A DNA stretch of 64,000 bases from contig CAZKEF010000014.1 of NCBI GenBank assembly GCA_964551735.1, positions 54,820-118,819 on the forward strand, written 5' to 3'. The notes under the pieces are model-generated. The model saw only the letters and a list, made by a program, of their open reading frames with translations, was not told the origin of the DNA and made no database searches. The stretch is from an uncultured Anaerolineales bacterium. GTDB taxonomy: Bacteria; Chloroflexota; Anaerolineae; CG2-30-64-16. The translations under genes and the position numbers were made by a program. Position 1 is the first letter of the stretch; the number at the start of each line of letters is the position of its first letter. This document shows, in pieces, positions 27,524 to 36,300 of this stretch.

Positions 27524-28804
27524 ATGACCACAAGAGACGACCTGCGCGCACGCCTGCGCATCCCCTATGACCGGCTGGACGCGATCAACGCGGTGCTGCT
27601 GGACCCGGACACGCGCGTGGTCAACGATCTACTAGACGTTGTCACCAAATATGGCACGCCGGAGCAGATCAACGCCAAGGCAGCCAAGGCGCGCGACTTC
27701 GACACCCTGATGACCCGGTTGGCCGAGCACGACTGCCGCTACCTGGATGACCTGATCTGGCTGCAAGGGCAGCGGGACGCTCGCGCGTTCATCAGCGAGG
27801 CCGAGTATCGCCGCATGGTGCTGGGCGACAAGGCCGAGGGGATGACTTTCAAGGATGAGTTCGCGGTCACGCTGGAGATCAGCGCTGCGCAGTATTTCCC
27901 CTGGATCATCGAGCAGGCCAGACAGGCCGTCGCCAACCGCGAGCTGATGCCCGGCCGCTTTATTCGCGTGCGCAAGATGCGCGAGTCGGAGGCGGACTGC
28001 GGCGACATGCTGGCGGTCGCGGCCGCGATGCAGATCATGGGCGCGTCCTACGTCGAGACGCTGGACACCAAAGGCACCGACGGCTCCAACGTGCACCTGG
28101 GCGGACCGGACACCATCACCGGCTATTTCGGCGGCATCGGCCAGCCCAACGAATATGTGCTGAAGTGGGTGGACGAATTCCTGTACTACTTCACTACCTA
28201 CGGCACGCCGCAAGTGCTCAACATCAACCCCGGCACGGTGCTGGCCGGCTATCTGCTCCACAAGCTGGGCATCAACAACGAGTTCAAGATCAGCGTCTAC
28301 ATGGGCAACGACAACCCCTACGCTGCGCTGTGGACCCTGCTGGCCGCCAAGTTGTTCTCCCGCGATGACGGCTCCAGCCCGCTGATCGGCTTTAACTGGA
28401 GCAACTCGGTCAAAAACGAGACCATCGAGATCACCGCGCAGTTCCGCAAAGCGCTGGGCTTTGAAGATGTGGTGCGCTTCGAACACCACATCACCGAAAC
28501 CTACAAACACATCGTGCGCCAGCCGTACAACCGGCGGGCCGAACTAGTGGCGCTGGCCGACCACGTGCCCAACATCTCGGCGAAGCACGAGGGCGGCGAC
28601 CCGGACGTCGAGGTGACGCGGGATCACCCGTCAGACATCCTGGAATACTTTCGCGCCCAGGACGAGATCGAAGCGGCCGGCGACATGCCGCTGCTGCTGC
28701 GGAATTACCTGGACAAACACGAGGCGCTCAACCGCACCGCCCGCGCGCTGACCGAACACGGCCTGAGCTTCATCGCCGCGCCGAAATTGCACCATCGTGG
28801 GTGA
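27524..28804 (+). CDS. Conserved hypothetical protein (no confident family assignment)
   Basis: 427-aa ORF with protein-like composition. GAGGAGTG SD 7 nt before the ATG at 27524. Confidence 0.4.
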   Translation: MTTRDDLRARLRIPYDRLDAINAVLLDPDTRVVNDLLDVVTKYGTPEQINAKAAKARDFDTLMTRLAEHDCRYLDDLIWLQGQRDARAFISEAEYRRMVLGDKAEGMTFKDEFAVTLEISAAQYFPWIIEQARQAVANRELMPGRFIRVRKMRESEADCGDMLAVAAAMQIMGASYVETLDTKGTDGSNVHLGGPDTITGYFGGIGQPNEYVLKWVDEFLYYFTTYGTPQVLNINPGTVLAGYLLHKLGINNEFKISVYMGNDNPYAALWTLLAAKLFSRDDGSSPLIGFNWSNSVKNETIEITAQFRKALGFEDVVRFEHHITETYKHIVRQPYNRRAELVALADHVPNISAKHEGGDPDVEVTRDHPSDILEYFRAQDEIEAAGDMPLLLRNYLDKHEALNRTARALTEHGLSFIAAPKLHHRG

Positions 28805-28834
28805 TGGGAGACTAACGATCTGGGCTTTGCGGTC

Positions 28835-28897
28835 CAGAATCGAGGCTTCAGCCGGTCTTTCAGGGCAACCCAAGCAGCCGGTTGAAGCCTCGACCCC
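28835..28897. repeat. Family-A REP-like element in a convergent intergenic region
   Basis: Sequence identity to the other copies. Confidence 0.65.
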
Positions 28898-28923
28898 CGA
28901 GCGCTATTGCCCCGCAACAACTG

Positions 28924-29958
28924 CTACGGCGCGACCGGCGGCGACCAGCCGCGCGTGGTCCAGGCGTGGGGGATGCCGCGGGCGTCCAGCGCGGCCTCGT
29001 AATCCTTCAAGTTAGCGGCCATCACCACATCCACCCCGGTGCGGATGATGCCATCCGTGGCGTTCATTTCAGCCAGCGCCATCGCCATCCCCTTTTCCGC
29101 CATCAGCTTGATGGTCTGCACCGACAGATAGCCCATGTCGTACTCACGCTGCGCGATGGTGGCGTCAATCACCCCTTCCTTGATGCCGTTGATGGTATCG
29201 GCGTTGGCGTCGAAGCAGACCACTTTGATCCGACCAGCGGCCCGCGCCTCCTTGATCGCCGTGGCCCAGGCCGAGCCGTTGTAGGCGTAGACGCCGAACG
29301 CGCCCGCCAGGTCCGGGTGGGCCGAGATCAGCGAGTTCGCCATCGCCAGCGCCGCGGCCGGATCCGCCTGGTCGTTCAGCGGCGGCAGGGGCACGATGCC
29401 TGTGCCGCCCACCGCATTCAGGAACCCCTCTGTGCGCTGGAGCGCGTTCAGCGCCGTGTCTGAGCCGCGCACGATGCCCACCTTACCGCCCGCGGGCAGC
29501 AGCCGGGCCAGCGTCTCGCCGGCCAGCCGGCCGGCCGCATAATTGTCGGTGCCAATGTAAACGCGGGAGACGCTACCTTCAACCGGCGGCGTGTCCAGGG
29601 TGATCACGATGATCCCGGCAGCCACAGCCTGGCGCATCAACCGCTCCAACGCCCCAGGGTCCGAGGGCGCAATCGCTATGCCGGTCACGCCTTGTGCGAT
29701 GTAGGTCTCCAGGGTCTGGATTTGAGCGGCCACATCCTCTTTGGGCGGCACAAACACGACAGTCTCCACACCCAACTCCCGCCCGGCCGCGATCACCCCC
29801 TGTTGCACGTTCGACCAGTACGGATTCACTGACTTGCCGATCACGACGACCTTGAGGGGATCTGGCGGCCCGCCGGATTGCCCCACCGGCACGCAGCCGG
29901 CCAGCGCCAACGCCACCAGCGCCACCAGAACCCTGTTGAACCACGCGTTCTTGATCAT
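28924..29958 (-). CDS. Sugar ABC transporter substrate-binding lipoprotein (CUT2/ribose-binding-like periplasmic binding protein)
   Basis: Signal peptide with lipobox LALAGC, then a type I PBP fold pattern. Confidence 0.7.
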   Translation of the reverse strand: MIKNAWFNRVLVALVALALAGCVPVGQSGGPPDPLKVVVIGKSVNPYWSNVQQGVIAAGRELGVETVVFVPPKEDVAAQIQTLETYIAQGVTGIAIAPSDPGALERLMRQAVAAGIIVITLDTPPVEGSVSRVYIGTDNYAAGRLAGETLARLLPAGGKVGIVRGSDTALNALQRTEGFLNAVGGTGIVPLPPLNDQADPAAALAMANSLISAHPDLAGAFGVYAYNGSAWATAIKEARAAGRIKVVCFDANADTINGIKEGVIDATIAQREYDMGYLSVQTIKLMAEKGMAMALAEMNATDGIIRTGVDVVMAANLKDYEAALDARGIPHAWTTRGWSPPVAP

Positions 29959-30099
29959 GTCGCCTCCAGGCAGGAATATACCTCACAGGACCGAAATGAT
30001 GCAAGCAACCCAAGCCGGGACGATAACTTGAAGTTGCAGGGAGGACCTTGCTTGCGGTCGGCGGTCAGCGGTTAGCATTTCGGGCCGGCCCGCGCCCGA

Positions 30100-30128
30100 T
30101 TGCCTTTCACCGCTTGACCGACTATAAT
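30100..30128 (+). promoter_or_regulatory. Sigma70-like promoter: TTGCCT, 17-bp spacer, TATAAT, ending 7 nt before the response-regulator ATG (leaderless transcript likely)
   Basis: Hexamers and spacing seen directly. No SD between the -10 element and the ATG at 30136. Confidence 0.45.
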
Positions 30129-30135
30129 ATCGCTC

Positions 30136-31182
30136 ATGACAACCATCCGCGTCCTCCTGGCCGACGACCACGCGGTCGTGCGGTCGGGCATCCGCAACGC
30201 GCTGAACGACCTGCCGGGCCTGGTGGTGGTGGGCGAGGTGGGCGACGGTCGCGCGTTGGGGAGCGCCCTGGAGACGCTGCGGCCCGACCTGCTGCTGATT
30301 GACGTGACCATGCCGGATTTCGAACCGGTCGCGGCCATCCGCCAGATCCGGGCGCGCCACCCCGCGCTGAAGATCCTGATCGTCAGCGCCTACGACGATG
30401 ACGCCTACGTCCAGGGCTTGCTGGGCGTGGGGGTCAACGGCTACCACCTGAAAGATCAGCCACTCAGCGACCTGCGCCTGGCCGTGCAGCGCGTCCTGGC
30501 CGGCGAACGTTGGATCTCCAGCTCGCTCATCAGCAAGCTGCTTCACACTGCTGACGTGCCCGCGGCGGCCGCCTCGCTCACCAGCCGCCAACGCGAGCTC
30601 CTGCGCCTCCTGGTACAGGGTTATGACAATCAAAGCCTGGGCCGCGAGACCGGCCTCAGCGTCAAAACCATCGAAAACCACCTGACGCGCCTGTACCGTC
30701 AACTCAACGTGCAGAGCCGGCTGGAGGCGGTTCACTTTGCCAGCCAGCATCCTGATCTGCTGAGCCCAGTCCAGCCCGCGGCCGAAGGCAACCTAGCAGA
30801 TTTCCTGCCCCAGGGCCGGTTCACCGTGCTGCTGGTAGATGACAACCCGCGCTATCGCAGCCAGTTACAGCGCATGGTCAGCCGGACCAGCCCGCAGGCA
30901 GTGATTCACGAAGCCGGCAACACGGCCGAGGCCCTCCGGCTAGTCGAGCAGACGCAGCCCCAGCTTGTGCTGGTGGACGTGCTCCTGGGAGATGAAGACG
31001 GCATCCGCTGCGCCCGGCGCATCAAGGCGCTGCGGCCTCAAGCACGCATCATGCTGATCAGCGCGTATCCCGACCGGGAGTTCCGCCGCCTGGGCATGGA
31101 GGCTGGCGCCGCGGCTTTCCTGGACAAAAAAGACCTGGACGCGGCCACCGTGCGCCAGATGATCGAGGACATGCTGGCATGA
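30136..31182 (+). CDS. Response regulator with REC, LuxR-type HTH and a second REC domain
   Basis: REC1 has LLADDH, LLIDV and YHLK. The HTH is LTSRQRELLRLLVQGYDNQSLGRETGLSVKTIENHL. REC2 has LLVDDN, LVLVDV and FLDKK. Confidence 0.8.
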   Translation: MTTIRVLLADDHAVVRSGIRNALNDLPGLVVVGEVGDGRALGSALETLRPDLLLIDVTMPDFEPVAAIRQIRARHPALKILIVSAYDDDAYVQGLLGVGVNGYHLKDQPLSDLRLAVQRVLAGERWISSSLISKLLHTADVPAAAASLTSRQRELLRLLVQGYDNQSLGRETGLSVKTIENHLTRLYRQLNVQSRLEAVHFASQHPDLLSPVQPAAEGNLADFLPQGRFTVLLVDDNPRYRSQLQRMVSRTSPQAVIHEAGNTAEALRLVEQTQPQLVLVDVLLGDEDGIRCARRIKALRPQARIMLISAYPDREFRRLGMEAGAAAFLDKKDLDAATVRQMIEDMLA

Positions 31183-32183
31183 AACAGGTGCTTGAAACCA
31201 CCAGACCTGGCCGCACGGGGGGCGCTAAACCGGAAAGGCCCTGGAAACGCCTGGTGAGTGAGCAGCTCTTCATTTCTGTCACCCTCTGCCTGATCGTCTT
31301 CGCCTTTCTTAGCCTCAACACGGCCACCTTCCTCAGCCGCAACAACATGGCCAGCCTGGCCCGGAACTTCTCATGGTTGGCGATCGTAGCGTTCGGCCAG
31401 AGCCTGGTGATCATTATCGGTGGGATTGACCTTTCAGTGGGCGCGACCATGGCACTGGCCGGGCTGGCCGCAGCCCAGGGGATGCAATGGGGGCTGCCCA
31501 TACCGCTCGCCATCTTGCTGGGGCTGCTGGTGGGCGGCGTGATGGGCTGGATCAACGGGATGCTGATCGCGCGCATCCGCCTGCCCGCCTTCATCGCCAC
31601 CCTGGGCACCATGAGCATCGCGCGCGGCGGCGCTTTCGGTCTCACCCAGGGTTGGTCCATCACCAACCTGCCGGAGACATTCCTGCGCCTGGGCCAGGCC
31701 GATGTGACCCTGGGGCCGCTGTCCCTCTCAATGCCTTTCGTGATTGCCCTACTGATCGCGCTCCTGGTCTGGCTGTTGCTGCGCCACACCGTCCTCGGCG
31801 CCGACATCTACGCCATGAGCAGCGGCGAGCGTGCGCTCCGGGCCACGGGCGTCAATGTGGTGCGGTTGAAGGTGGTTGTCTACACCCTATGTGGGTTGCT
31901 GGCGGCCATCGGCGGGCTGCTGATCACGGCACGGCTGGGCGTAGCGGCCCCCGCCGCAGCGGTTGGCTACGAAGTGGACGTCGTCGCGGCCGCGGTCATC
32001 GGCGGCACCAGCCTCTTTGGCGGGGTCGGCAGCACCATGGGCGTGCTGTTGGGCGCAGCCATCATCCAGATGTTGAACAACGGGCTGGTGCTGCTGGGCC
32101 TCCCCACCTATTGGCAAACCGCGGCCATCGGCGCCATGATCCTGATGAGCATCCTGCTGGACTATTGGCGCAGGCGGCAATAA
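31179..32183 (+). CDS. Sugar ABC transporter permease (RbsC/branched-sugar permease family)
   Basis: Multiple TM segments and the family pattern GGIDLSVGATMALAG. ATGA overlap with the response-regulator gene. Confidence 0.8.
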   Translation: MKQVLETTRPGRTGGAKPERPWKRLVSEQLFISVTLCLIVFAFLSLNTATFLSRNNMASLARNFSWLAIVAFGQSLVIIIGGIDLSVGATMALAGLAAAQGMQWGLPIPLAILLGLLVGGVMGWINGMLIARIRLPAFIATLGTMSIARGGAFGLTQGWSITNLPETFLRLGQADVTLGPLSLSMPFVIALLIALLVWLLLRHTVLGADIYAMSSGERALRATGVNVVRLKVVVYTLCGLLAAIGGLLITARLGVAAPAAAVGYEVDVVAAAVIGGTSLFGGVGSTMGVLLGAAIIQMLNNGLVLLGLPTYWQTAAIGAMILMSILLDYWRRRQ

Positions 32184-32195
32184 GGGGCGTCACGC

Positions 32196-33785
32196 ATGGA
32201 ACCGTTGCTGCGAGCCGTCAGCCTCTCCCTCACACTAGGCACGCTGCCGGCGCTCCGCCAGGTGAGCCTGGAGATTTTCCCCGGCGAAGTCGTCGGGCTG
32301 GCGGGCCAGAGCGGCGCCGGCAAGACCGCGCTCGCCATGCTGTTAGCCGGCGCCTATACGCCCACCGCGGGCGAGCTCTACCTGGCCGGCCGGCGGCTGC
32401 GTCCCCCTTTCCGTGCACGGAGCCTGGGCATCGAGGTGATCCACCAGCAGCCCGAAATGGCCGAGGGGTTGGACATCAGCCGCAACCTCTTTTTGGGCAG
32501 CGAGCTCGGCTGGCCGAAGGGAGCCGGCCGCTGGCTCAGGGTTCTGCAGCGCCGCCGGATGGACGAAGAGGCGGCGCACATCCTGGCGCGCCTGGGCATG
32601 TCGTGCCCCTTCCTACACGAGCGGGTGGCAAACCTGTCAAGCGAGCAACGCCAGTTGATCGCCATCGCCCGCGCGCTGACGCGGCCGGCACGGCTTGTCA
32701 TCATTGATGACCCCAGCTTGCTGCTCGGTTATCCCGCCCAACAAAGACTGCTGGGGCTCATCCGCGAGTGGCAACAACAGGGCACAGCCGTGTTCTTTGC
32801 CAGCGACAATGTGGACCTGCTCATGGCCGTGACCGACCGCATCCTGGTGCTGCGCCACGGCCGCTGTGAGGTTGAATTCCGCACCGACGCGGCCACCCGT
32901 GAGAGCATTCTCAGCGCTACGGTCGGCGCAGCCGATCAGCAACAGCTCACCCCCATCATCTGGGCGCTGGACAGTTATTACCGGGCGCGCGAACAGGCCG
33001 AAAAGCTGCACCAGCGGCAGGCGTTGTTGAAGCACGAGTTGAGCGCTGACGGCGAAGTGGATCGCCAACTCATTGACCACCTGGCCGATCAGATCACCGC
33101 GCTGGATCGCGCCAACCTCGCGCTGCAAGACGCACAGCGGCGGCTGCTGACCGAGTTGGAGCAAGAGCGCAAGCAGTTAGCGCGCGAGATTCATGACCAG
33201 GTGATCCAAGATCTGCTCGGAGTCGGCTACCAACTGGAAGAGCTGGAAGCCGAGGCGGGCGCGACCCCGGTGCTGCGCGCGGAGCTGCAAACCGTGCGTG
33301 ACAGCGTGCGCGAACTGGTGGGCGACCTCCGGCACATCTGCGGCGCGCTGCGGCCGCCGACGATTGACAGCCTGGGCCTGGGCTCGGCGCTGCAATCCTA
33401 CGCGCACGAGTGGCGCAGGCGAACCGGCATCGAGCTGACCCTCAACCTGGACCCCAACCTGGGACGCCTGCCCGAAGCTACCGAGCTCTCCATCTTCCGC
33501 ATCGTGCAAGAAGGGCTCAACAACGTGCGCAAACACGCCGCCGCGACGACGGTGACGATCAGCCTGGCGCATACCTCCCCCCGGCGGCTGATGCTGACCA
33601 TCGCGGATGACGGCCGCGGGCTAGGGGCAGACTTCGACCTGGCTGACCTTTCCACCCAGGGACATTACGGTGTGTTGGGCGTCACCGAGCGGGTGGCGCT
33701 GCTGGGCGGGCAGTGGCGTATCCACAATCGCCCCGAAGGCGGGACGTTGATCCAGGTGGAGATCCCACACCCGCGCGTGAGTTAG
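32196..33785 (+). CDS. Fusion protein: ABC-type nucleotide-binding domain (degenerate motifs), coiled coil, then HisKA_3/HATPase_c sensor histidine kinase
   Basis: Walker A GQSGAGKT and Q-loop HQQ are present. The signature is LSSEQ rather than LSGGQ, Walker B is IIDDP rather than DE, and the H-loop His is missing (FASDN). The kinase half has H-box LAREIHDQ, N-box QEGLNNVRKHA, G1 ADDGRGL and G2 GVLGVTERVALLGG. Confidence 0.75.
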   Translation: MEPLLRAVSLSLTLGTLPALRQVSLEIFPGEVVGLAGQSGAGKTALAMLLAGAYTPTAGELYLAGRRLRPPFRARSLGIEVIHQQPEMAEGLDISRNLFLGSELGWPKGAGRWLRVLQRRRMDEEAAHILARLGMSCPFLHERVANLSSEQRQLIAIARALTRPARLVIIDDPSLLLGYPAQQRLLGLIREWQQQGTAVFFASDNVDLLMAVTDRILVLRHGRCEVEFRTDAATRESILSATVGAADQQQLTPIIWALDSYYRAREQAEKLHQRQALLKHELSADGEVDRQLIDHLADQITALDRANLALQDAQRRLLTELEQERKQLAREIHDQVIQDLLGVGYQLEELEAEAGATPVLRAELQTVRDSVRELVGDLRHICGALRPPTIDSLGLGSALQSYAHEWRRRTGIELTLNLDPNLGRLPEATELSIFRIVQEGLNNVRKHAAATTVTISLAHTSPRRLMLTIADDGRGLGADFDLADLSTQGHYGVLGVTERVALLGGQWRIHNRPEGGTLIQVEIPHPRVS

Positions 33786-33817
33786 GGGATTTCCCCCAGT
33801 GCGGAGGGGGGAAATCC
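33786..33817 (+). terminator. Hairpin GGGATTTCCCCC-agtgcgga-GGGGGGAAATCC immediately after the NBD-HK stop
   Basis: Seen directly. Confidence 0.45.
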
Positions 33818-34011
33818 GATACTGCTGGCGCCATTTACCTGTATCCAAACGGGGTTAGCTGTGGTATACTGGCATTTGTCGTTTATTTCACCCCAATGAC
33901 AACATCGCAGTAAGAACACATGGAGGTGCGCTGCTGACTCAAAACTGCACAGAACATTCCCCACACATTCCATTCACGCATTCCGTTCACTTACCCAAAG
34001 GGAGGATCACA

Positions 34012-36201
34012 GTGAGAACCAATCTGTCACGTTTCATCATGATCGTCGTCGCCCTGGCGATGATCGCCGCATTCCTGACTGGCTGCCCCAGCCCTGCGAC
34101 CCCAGCCCCGGCAACGACCGGCGGCCAGACCGAGGCAGGCAAGGTGCCGGTAGGCATCGTGCTGCCGACCAAGGACGAACCCCGCTGGATCCAGGACCAG
34201 ACCCGCTTCCAGGATGCACTGAAGGCCGCGGGCTACGACGTCCAGATCCTGTTCAGCCAGGGCGATTCCGCCAAAGAGAAGGCCAACGTCGAGGCGCTGA
34301 TCAGCCAGGGCATCCAGGTCTTGGTCATCTGCCCGCATGATGGCACAGCGGCGGCGGCCGCCGCGGATGCTGCCCGCGCTGCGGGCGTGAAGGTCATCTC
34401 CTACGACCGCTTGATCCGCGACACCGACGCGGTAGACTACTACGTCACCTTCGACTCGGTCGCGGTCGGCGAGGCCTGGGGCCAGTACCTGGCCGACATG
34501 GCCGGCGCCACCAAGGGCAACAACCTCTACCTCTACGCCGGCGCGGCTTCCGACAACAACGCCTTCCTCTTCTTCGAGGGTGCCTGGAACAAGCTGCAGC
34601 CCAAGATCGCCGACGGCACCTTCGTCATCAAGAACTCCAGTGAAGCCGTCGCCCTGCAAGGCAAGGCCACGCTGACCCGCGACGAGATGGCCAAGATCAT
34701 CGGCCAGGTCACCACCAACTGGGATTTCGCCGTCGCCAAGAACCTCGCCGAGGCTAACCTCACCGCGGCCAAGCCCGAGGATAAGGGTACCGTCTTCATC
34801 GCCGCGCCCAACGACGGCACCGCCCGCTCCATTGCCGATGCCTTCGCCGCCGACAAGGAAGTCACCAAGTACTACATCACCGGCCAGGACGCCGAGAAAG
34901 CCTCCGTCCAATACATCATTGACGGCAAGCAGTCCATGACCGTCCTCAAGGACGTCCGCACCCTGGTCAGCGACGCCATCACCGCGGCCGTCGCCTACCT
35001 CAAGGGCGGCACGCCTGAGAAGACCACCACCTACAACAACGGCAAGATTGACGTGCCAGCCAAACCGTCCGCCATCGTCACCGTCACCCAGGACAACGTC
35101 AAGGCCGCCATCGTTGACTCCGGCTACTACCCGGCCAGCGACTTCCCGACCCTGGGCGCGGCCGCCCCTGCCCCGACCGGCAAGGTGCCGGTAGGCATCG
35201 TGCTGCCGACCAAGGACGAACCCCGCTGGATCCAGGACCAGACCCGCTTCCAGGATGCACTGAAGGCCGCGGGCTACGACGTCCAGATCCTGTTCAGCCA
35301 GGGCGATTCCGCCAAAGAGAAGGCCAACGTCGAGGCGCTGATCAGCCAGGGCATCCAGGTCTTGGTCATCTGCCCGCATGATGGCACAGCGGCGGCGGCC
35401 GCCGCGGATGCTGCCCGCGCTGCGGGCGTGAAGGTCATCTCCTACGACCGCTTGATCCGCGACACCGACGCGGTAGACTACTACGTCACCTTCGACTCGG
35501 TCGCGGTCGGCGAGGCCTGGGGCCAGTACCTGGCCGACATGGCCGGCGCCACCAAGGGCAACAACCTCTACCTCTACGCCGGCGCGGCTTCCGACAACAA
35601 CGCCTTCCTCTTCTTCGAGGGTGCCTGGAACAAGCTGCAGCCCAAGATCGCCGACGGCACCTTCGTCATCAAGAACTCCAGTGAAGCCGTCGCCCTGCAA
35701 GGCAAGGCCACGCTGACCCGCGACGAGATGGCCAAGATCATCGGCCAGGTCACCACCAACTGGGATTTCGCCGTCGCCAAGAACCTCGCCGAGGCTAACC
35801 TCACCGCGGCCAAGCCCGAGGATAAGGGTACCGTCTTCATCGCCGCGCCCAACGACGGCACCGCCCGCTCCATTGCCGATGCCTTCGCCGCCGACAAGGA
35901 AGTCACCAAGTACTACATCACCGGCCAGGACGCCGAGAAAGCCTCCGTCCAATACATCATTGACGGCAAGCAGTCCATGACCGTCCTCAAGGACGTCCGC
36001 ACCCTGGTCAGCGACGCCATCACCGCGGCCGTCGCCTACCTCAAGGGCGGCACGCCTGAGAAGACCACCACCTACAACAACGGCAAGATTGACGTGCCAG
36101 CCAAACCGTCCGCCATCGTCACCGTCACCCAGGACAACGTCAAGGCCGCCATCGTTGACTCCGGCTACTACCCGGCCAGCGACTTCCCGACCCTGAAGTA
36201 A
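34012..36201 (+). CDS. Sugar ABC substrate-binding lipoprotein with two identical tandem SBP domains (perfect 1041-bp in-frame duplication)
   Basis: GTG start after AAGGGAGG. Signal peptide with lipobox LTGC. Residues ~44-390 and ~391-729 are identical, matching nucleotides 34138-35155 and 35179-36196. Confidence 0.7.
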   Translation: MRTNLSRFIMIVVALAMIAAFLTGCPSPATPAPATTGGQTEAGKVPVGIVLPTKDEPRWIQDQTRFQDALKAAGYDVQILFSQGDSAKEKANVEALISQGIQVLVICPHDGTAAAAAADAARAAGVKVISYDRLIRDTDAVDYYVTFDSVAVGEAWGQYLADMAGATKGNNLYLYAGAASDNNAFLFFEGAWNKLQPKIADGTFVIKNSSEAVALQGKATLTRDEMAKIIGQVTTNWDFAVAKNLAEANLTAAKPEDKGTVFIAAPNDGTARSIADAFAADKEVTKYYITGQDAEKASVQYIIDGKQSMTVLKDVRTLVSDAITAAVAYLKGGTPEKTTTYNNGKIDVPAKPSAIVTVTQDNVKAAIVDSGYYPASDFPTLGAAAPAPTGKVPVGIVLPTKDEPRWIQDQTRFQDALKAAGYDVQILFSQGDSAKEKANVEALISQGIQVLVICPHDGTAAAAAADAARAAGVKVISYDRLIRDTDAVDYYVTFDSVAVGEAWGQYLADMAGATKGNNLYLYAGAASDNNAFLFFEGAWNKLQPKIADGTFVIKNSSEAVALQGKATLTRDEMAKIIGQVTTNWDFAVAKNLAEANLTAAKPEDKGTVFIAAPNDGTARSIADAFAADKEVTKYYITGQDAEKASVQYIIDGKQSMTVLKDVRTLVSDAITAAVAYLKGGTPEKTTTYNNGKIDVPAKPSAIVTVTQDNVKAAIVDSGYYPASDFPTLK
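34138..36196 (+). repeat. Perfect tandem direct repeat, 2 x 1018 bp joined by a 23-bp linker (period 1041 bp = 347 codons)
   Basis: Identical ORF-track entries 34533-34868 and 35574-35909, and identical nucleotide lines offset by 1041 bp. Confidence 0.85.
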
Positions 36202-36300
36202 GCGCCTGTAGCCAGTTCAGCCAGGAATAGTGATGGTGATGCAAGCCATCACTATTCCTGTGTCTTCTCGCCATTTCCTACTTCACCAGGAGATCTTGCC

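Noticed and set aside
34027-35952. 641-aa ORF on the minus strand antisense to the duplicated SBP gene; 521-aa ORF 37282-38847 antisense to the ABC ATPase
   Set aside because: Gly/Arg/Ala-rich, low-complexity translation. They are typical GC-codon-bias antisense artefacts opposite well-supported sense genes.
34138-36196. Possible CRISPR array, suggested by the large perfect repeat
   Set aside because: A single 1-kb coding duplication, not short repeats with spacers. No cas genes.
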